IMG/VR virus record: IMGVR_UViG_3300012943_000047
Coordinates: 1 to 36,994 of that record
Source of the DNA: a virus
Lineage: Duplodnaviria > Caudoviricetes
Direction: 5' to 3' (one strand)
Length of the DNA: 36,994 nt
A model generated the notes under the pieces. It saw nothing but the letters and a program-made list of their open reading frames with translations. It had not been told where the DNA came from and searched no databases. The position numbers were made by a program, and so were the translations under genes. Shown in pieces: positions 33,234 through 36,994 of the stretch. How positions within the stretch are numbered: the stretch's first letter is position 1; the number at the start of each line of letters is the position of its first letter.

Positions 33234-35199
33234 ACATTTGATCTAAGTAGTCCCCTTCACTTTCCACGCCTGTCACCGAGCGTTGAAGGAATCGTTGCTC
33301 AGCATCTTGTTTCAGTTCCTTAACCATCACGCCAGCCTGTAGCAAACTTTCAGAATCCACACCTGCGCTTTCCATCACCTCAATTCTCCGCGCTGTTTTG
33401 CTGGCAATCATTTCTACATCACTCTTCTTTTCATTCAGTATGGCATTCAGGTAAGTGCGGCTGTCCGTATGAGTATCTTGCATCGCGCGTGGACTCAATC
33501 GGGCTTCACGGCCTATCAATCGCACCTTGTCAAAGTCAGTTACCAACACCCGACTCATGTCGAAGGGGTCATACATAATACTTACCGGCTTGCCTATATA
33601 TTCCATCAATGGCCTGTCGGTTTCCAGATCATAGCTATACTTCACACCATTTATTTGCGGCTCAACTCCCCGATTGGTTATGCGTATGCCCTTGCCATGA
33701 TTGTTGTGTTCAATGCCAGCCTTCAGTAAGAATTGTTCATCGTTTATCAGGCGTTTCCGTTCCACAGGCATGGCATTAAAGGCACTCAACCATTGGTCAT
33801 GCTTGCTCACTCCGTTGCTTTGTGGCATAAAGCGAAGGCGGTGAAAGAAATTTTCTATTTGCGTGGTGGCCTCGTTGCCAATAAGTGGATAATCCTTCTT
33901 GTTCCGGTTCAAAACTTCCTGATTCACTCCGCGATATTTCGCGCCCATGTTATTACCTGTGTAATTATTCGCGCCAATTTTCAGGCAGCGTTTCCAATGT
34001 GGGGAACTGAATAATTGTTCAATGTATCCCCGGTTCTTACTGCCCACAGGTGTGTCAGCATATTTACCAAGGGCAGAGTAGAAGGGACGTAAACTTTCAA
34101 TGCCCCATCTATCCGTTTTTACTTCATGCGGCAAGTGCCAATTTCCTGTCAGGCTTCGCACATAATACATCGCACTCAAGTAAGCCGCCTTCACCAATTC
34201 AATACTCAGCTGTTCTGCGTAAGCATAGCCTAAAACGTAATCGTTAAAGCTGTCCATCACTACAATGGCTTTGTATTTGTGGAAGAATTTATGGTTCGTG
34301 GTGTCGTTCGGGTCAATGAAAAGTAAATCGAGATAGTTGTCATCGCTCTCAAGCATCAACAGCGGAGCGGTCGGCCTGTAACCCTTGGCTTGCTTCAAGA
34401 ATTTGTTTTTCAAGTCAGCATTACCCTCGCGGTACATTACAATCTCGCCTTCGTTCTTCCTTCTCCAGTTTCCAACCGTGGCGGGGTCTATCATCTTATA
34501 TCCGTTCTCCTTCGCCCAGGCATTGTATTGCATCGTTATAAAAACATCATCGTACTGGTTCGGGTGTTTCAGCATTTCAATAAGCGTAGACTGGCTTAGC
34601 TCATCCTTCACCTTTGCCGCTATCGTATTTCCAAATCGCCAGTCAACCAGCGATGCATAACCATTCGTTTCGTATTCTTTGCGCTTGGCTAAAAGTCTGC
34701 GGTAGCTTGTTGGTAGGTCAATTTTATCCTGCTCAATCATTTCAAGAGCGTGGATGTAGAACTGTTCAAGGTTCAGTTTCAATAATTCCTTCAGGGCTTT
34801 TTTATCATCGTTCACATGCTTCAGCATGTTCAGAAAGTTGGCTGCACCAGTATATTTTTTTACGTGTTCAATGGGCAAAGGCTTTGGTGTATTGTCACTT
34901 CCGTTGTATCGGTAGCTTAGATAAAATTCCTCCGCTTTATCGTCCCATTTGATCAGGTTACGTATGGGTTGCTTCGCCATGCGTTCATGTGGATTGCCTA
35001 ATCGGGCCTCCACTTTCTTTTTATACTCATCCTTCATCGCGTCAAACTGAATGAGAACCTTACGCTTATCGGCAGGGTCATCAATAAAAGTCCAGCACTT
35101 TGTTCCGGTACTTTTGGCTTTGCGCAGGTAGTTTGCACTCACACCACAGTCAACCAACTCAGCAAATTCGATGTACAGTATATTATTGATCAGCTTCAT
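33232..35199 (-). CDS. MuA-like DDE transposase
   Basis: 655 aa; ESDD..LDL, VVMDSFNDYVLGYA, PHEVKTD and NRGYIEQLF catalytic-core motifs; C-terminal YDPFDMSRV beta-barrel motif. Confidence 0.9.
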   Translation of the reverse strand: MKLINNILYIEFAELVDCGVSANYLRKAKSTGTKCWTFIDDPADKRKVLIQFDAMKDEYKKKVEARLGNPHERMAKQPIRNLIKWDDKAEEFYLSYRYNGSDNTPKPLPIEHVKKYTGAANFLNMLKHVNDDKKALKELLKLNLEQFYIHALEMIEQDKIDLPTSYRRLLAKRKEYETNGYASLVDWRFGNTIAAKVKDELSQSTLIEMLKHPNQYDDVFITMQYNAWAKENGYKMIDPATVGNWRRKNEGEIVMYREGNADLKNKFLKQAKGYRPTAPLLMLESDDNYLDLLFIDPNDTTNHKFFHKYKAIVVMDSFNDYVLGYAYAEQLSIELVKAAYLSAMYYVRSLTGNWHLPHEVKTDRWGIESLRPFYSALGKYADTPVGSKNRGYIEQLFSSPHWKRCLKIGANNYTGNNMGAKYRGVNQEVLNRNKKDYPLIGNEATTQIENFFHRLRFMPQSNGVSKHDQWLSAFNAMPVERKRLINDEQFLLKAGIEHNNHGKGIRITNRGVEPQINGVKYSYDLETDRPLMEYIGKPVSIMYDPFDMSRVLVTDFDKVRLIGREARLSPRAMQDTHTDSRTYLNAILNEKKSDVEMIASKTARRIEVMESAGVDSESLLQAGVMVKELKQDAEQRFLQRSVTGVESEGDYLDQM

Positions 35200-35372
35200 G
35201 CGCGGGTGTTTAGTCGTGAGTAATTTTGTTGAAGGGTATCAATTTCAATCTCCAATTCGTGGGCATAGGTTAAATCGTGATTTTCAATTGCTATCGTCAG
35301 CTTCATTTGTAATTCAGAGATTTCTTTCATCGTCTCTTCTTTCTTCGCTTCGTTCCTTTGCAGTTCAGTCAT
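35196..35372 (-). CDS. 58-aa UVR-like helical protein (not in ORF track)
   Basis: MTELQRNEAKKEETMKEISELQMKLTIAIENHDLTYAHELEIEIDTLQQNYSRLNTRA; TAATG-coupled upstream and ATGA-coupled to the transposase. Confidence 0.7.
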   Translation of the reverse strand: MTELQRNEAKKEETMKEISELQMKLTIAIENHDLTYAHELEIEIDTLQQNYSRLNTRA

Positions 35373-35710
35373 TAGCTTAAAATTTTGTGAAGTCCGGACT
35401 TTATAAGTATCAATGTCATATCCTCATCAACATCGCGCAGCATCCATAGCGAAGCCAAAGCCTGTGAAGTCGGTATGACAATTTTTTTTTCTTCTGCTGA
35501 TTCGAGTTTGAAGGACATGCCAATCAACAACTCATTCAGGGTGTAGTAATAAAGTTTGAGAGTTACATCGTTGTACTTCTCCAGCTTCGTGCGTTGAATT
35601 GTTGGGGATTCACTTTCAAGAAAATTGCAAAGCATGTGGTAGAGCTTGGTGCGCTCAATCAGATCAAGCCGCATCGATATCTTCCCGGTCTTGGTCTTTT
35701 TTACTTGCAT
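35372..35710 (-). CDS. Hypothetical early protein
   Basis: 112-aa ORF overlapping the Cro-like gene end. Confidence 0.7.
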   Translation of the reverse strand: MQVKKTKTGKISMRLDLIERTKLYHMLCNFLESESPTIQRTKLEKYNDVTLKLYYYTLNELLIGMSFKLESAEEKKIVIPTSQALASLWMLRDVDEDMTLILIKSGLHKILS

Positions 35711-35928
35711 GCCTTCTCCGAGTTTGAGTGAATTGGCACCAACTGTTCAATAGACTTTATCAGTTTGGTCTTTCCCATCCGGAAATCGATCACGCTGGCC
35801 ATTATGTCCTCATTTTCGCGTTCTCCCTTCATTACCTTCCTCACATAGTCAGCAGACACCCCATGTATTTTGCCGATAATCTTGGCTGTGTCATCTCGTT
35901 GACCGCCCGTGTAATTTGTTTTTCCCAT
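35701..35928 (-). CDS. Cro/Ner-like HTH regulator
   Basis: TAKIIGKIHGVSADYVRKVMKGER HTH; divergent from the repressor. Start likely MGKTN (35928), since the longer start runs into the operator. Confidence 0.7.
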   Translation of the reverse strand: MGKTNYTGGQRDDTAKIIGKIHGVSADYVRKVMKGERENEDIMASVIDFRMGKTKLIKSIEQLVPIHSNSEKACK

Positions 35929-35972
35929 AGGTTTGCTACCTTCGTTTTTGTCGCGTTTAACAATACATTTCA

Positions 35973-35993
35973 AATGTGGAGAATCTCCACATT
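35973..35993. promoter_or_regulatory. Operator palindrome between repressor and early operon
   Basis: Perfect AATGTGGAGA-A-TCTCCACATT; near copy GAGATTCTCCACATTA at 36155-36170. Confidence 0.7.
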
Positions 35994-36026
35994 AAATGCA
36001 AAGAAATTCCACAAAAGAATTGCTCT

Positions 36027-36860
36027 ATGACCAAATTTGGAACGAACCTCGAAGAATTGAGGAAAGAAAAAGGGCTGAATCAGGACGAATTAGCCGATAA
36101 AGTGGGTATTTCCCGCGCAACCCTATCCGATTATGAAAGGGGCAAAACAGAGCCGAGATTCTCCACATTACTGAAGATTTCAAAGTTTTTCGGAATTACT
36201 ACGGATACCCTTTTGGGTAACCTAATCACCGACCGCTTAAATCAGAAAAAAGGTAATGTAAAGGGTAACCTAATAGGTAATCCATTGGTCAATGAACCCG
36301 CTACCGACTATGGAAATCGAATACCCAAAGTAGTAACTGTTGATAGCCAAGGCCGGGATAACGTGGTTTTGGTTCCCATTCGCGCTCGCGCAGGATACTT
36401 AGCCGGGTATGAAGACCCGGAGTATATTCAATCATTACCAACCTATAATATGCCCGGCATGGCCAATGGCACATTTCGCGCATTTGAAATATTCGGGCAT
36501 AGCATGGTTCCAACGTTTCAGGAGTCCGACATCATCTTTGGCCGATACGTTGAAAATTTCAACGAATTGCGCGATGACCGTGTGTATGTGATAGTTACAA
36601 AGCAGGAAGGCATAGTAGTAAAGCGGGTCATCAACCGGGTGCACATAGAAAACAAACTGGTATTGAACAGTGACAACCAGCGGCACTTAGGTGAATACCC
36701 GCCAATCATTATAGAGCCTGAAGACATTCTGGAAATATGGTACGGCATATCATACTACAGCCGTCAAATGCGTTCGCCGCGCGATGTATATAATAGGTTA
36801 AATGATTTAGAGGCACGATTAACCTTAATCGAGGGCAGACCCACAAAGTCATTGAAATAA
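36027..36860 (+). CDS. Phage repressor: XRE HTH + S24 peptidase (CI/LexA-like)
   Basis: LEELRKEKGLNQDELADKVGISRATLSDYERG HTH; ARAG cleavage site, FEIFGHSMVP (Ser), IVVKRV (Lys), LNSDN. Start re-assigned to MTKFG. Confidence 0.92.
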   Translation: MTKFGTNLEELRKEKGLNQDELADKVGISRATLSDYERGKTEPRFSTLLKISKFFGITTDTLLGNLITDRLNQKKGNVKGNLIGNPLVNEPATDYGNRIPKVVTVDSQGRDNVVLVPIRARAGYLAGYEDPEYIQSLPTYNMPGMANGTFRAFEIFGHSMVPTFQESDIIFGRYVENFNELRDDRVYVIVTKQEGIVVKRVINRVHIENKLVLNSDNQRHLGEYPPIIIEPEDILEIWYGISYYSRQMRSPRDVYNRLNDLEARLTLIEGRPTKSLK

Positions 36861-36879
36861 TGGAACCGGAATTATACCT

Positions 36880-36984
36880 GATGGTACGTTTCGTTTTTCG
36901 GCCACTTCGCAGAATCGGCCATAGTTGTGCAAAAAACGCACTTTTTATTTTGTACTAATGTATCCTTTGGTTTTAACCCCCTTG
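36880..36984. repeat. Terminal region with putative transposase sites (Mu L1/L2-like)
   Basis: AATGTATCCTTTGGTTTTA starting 36957 and GATGGTACGTTTCGTTTTT at 36880-36898 (15/19 to the reverse complement of 135-153), 77 bp apart; terminus CTTG at 36981-36984. Confidence 0.7.
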
Positions 36985-36994
36985 AATATCGAAA

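Larger units (their letters stand above)
104..36984. mobile_element. Complete Mu-like transposable (pro)phage, myovirus morphology, probable Bacteroidota host
   Basis: DDE transposase + MuB-like ATPase + repressor at one end, Mu-type head genes, sheath/tube/baseplate, methylase at the far end. Bounded by 28-bp imperfect inverted repeats (104-131, 36957-36984). Length 36,881 bp, close to Mu (~36.7 kb). Confidence 0.92.

Overview
The window holds an apparently complete (~36.9 kb, about 104..36984) Mu-like transposable myophage/prophage of a Bacteroidota host. The host is inferred from Bacteroidota-style gene content, A-rich starts without Shine-Dalgarno motifs and a TAnnTTTG promoter. From the right end: an XRE/S24 repressor divergent from a minus-strand early operon (Cro/Ner-like gene, DDE transposase, MuB-like ATPase, DnaA-domain-IV protein, Gam-like protein, accessory genes, GemA-like gene, candidate late activator); a plus-strand packaging block (TerS, TerL, gp36, portal, gpF, gpG, gp37); and a minus-strand block for protease/scaffold, capsid, lysis, contractile tail, baseplate and fibres, ending in a DNA adenine methyltransferase. 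The left flank is a host LigD-like fragment cut by the phage end. The main result is an Avd-less diversity-generating retroelement (DGR) in the early region. It has an RT, one 77-bp template repeat and two tandem small target genes with internal variable repeats (23 of 24 mismatches fall on TR adenines), and it does not target the tail fibres. Just upstream lie a 43-nt tRNA-like minihelix (acceptor stem + T-arm + CCA, no D or anticodon arm) and other structured non-coding sequence. Also notable are non-canonical CAAG...CTTG termini, a promoter-linked pseudoknot/antisense-like RNA at the methylase end, and tandem ACGGT-N11-ACCGT sites at the central divergent promoter. All protein calls come from motif recognition and synteny only; no database search was run.
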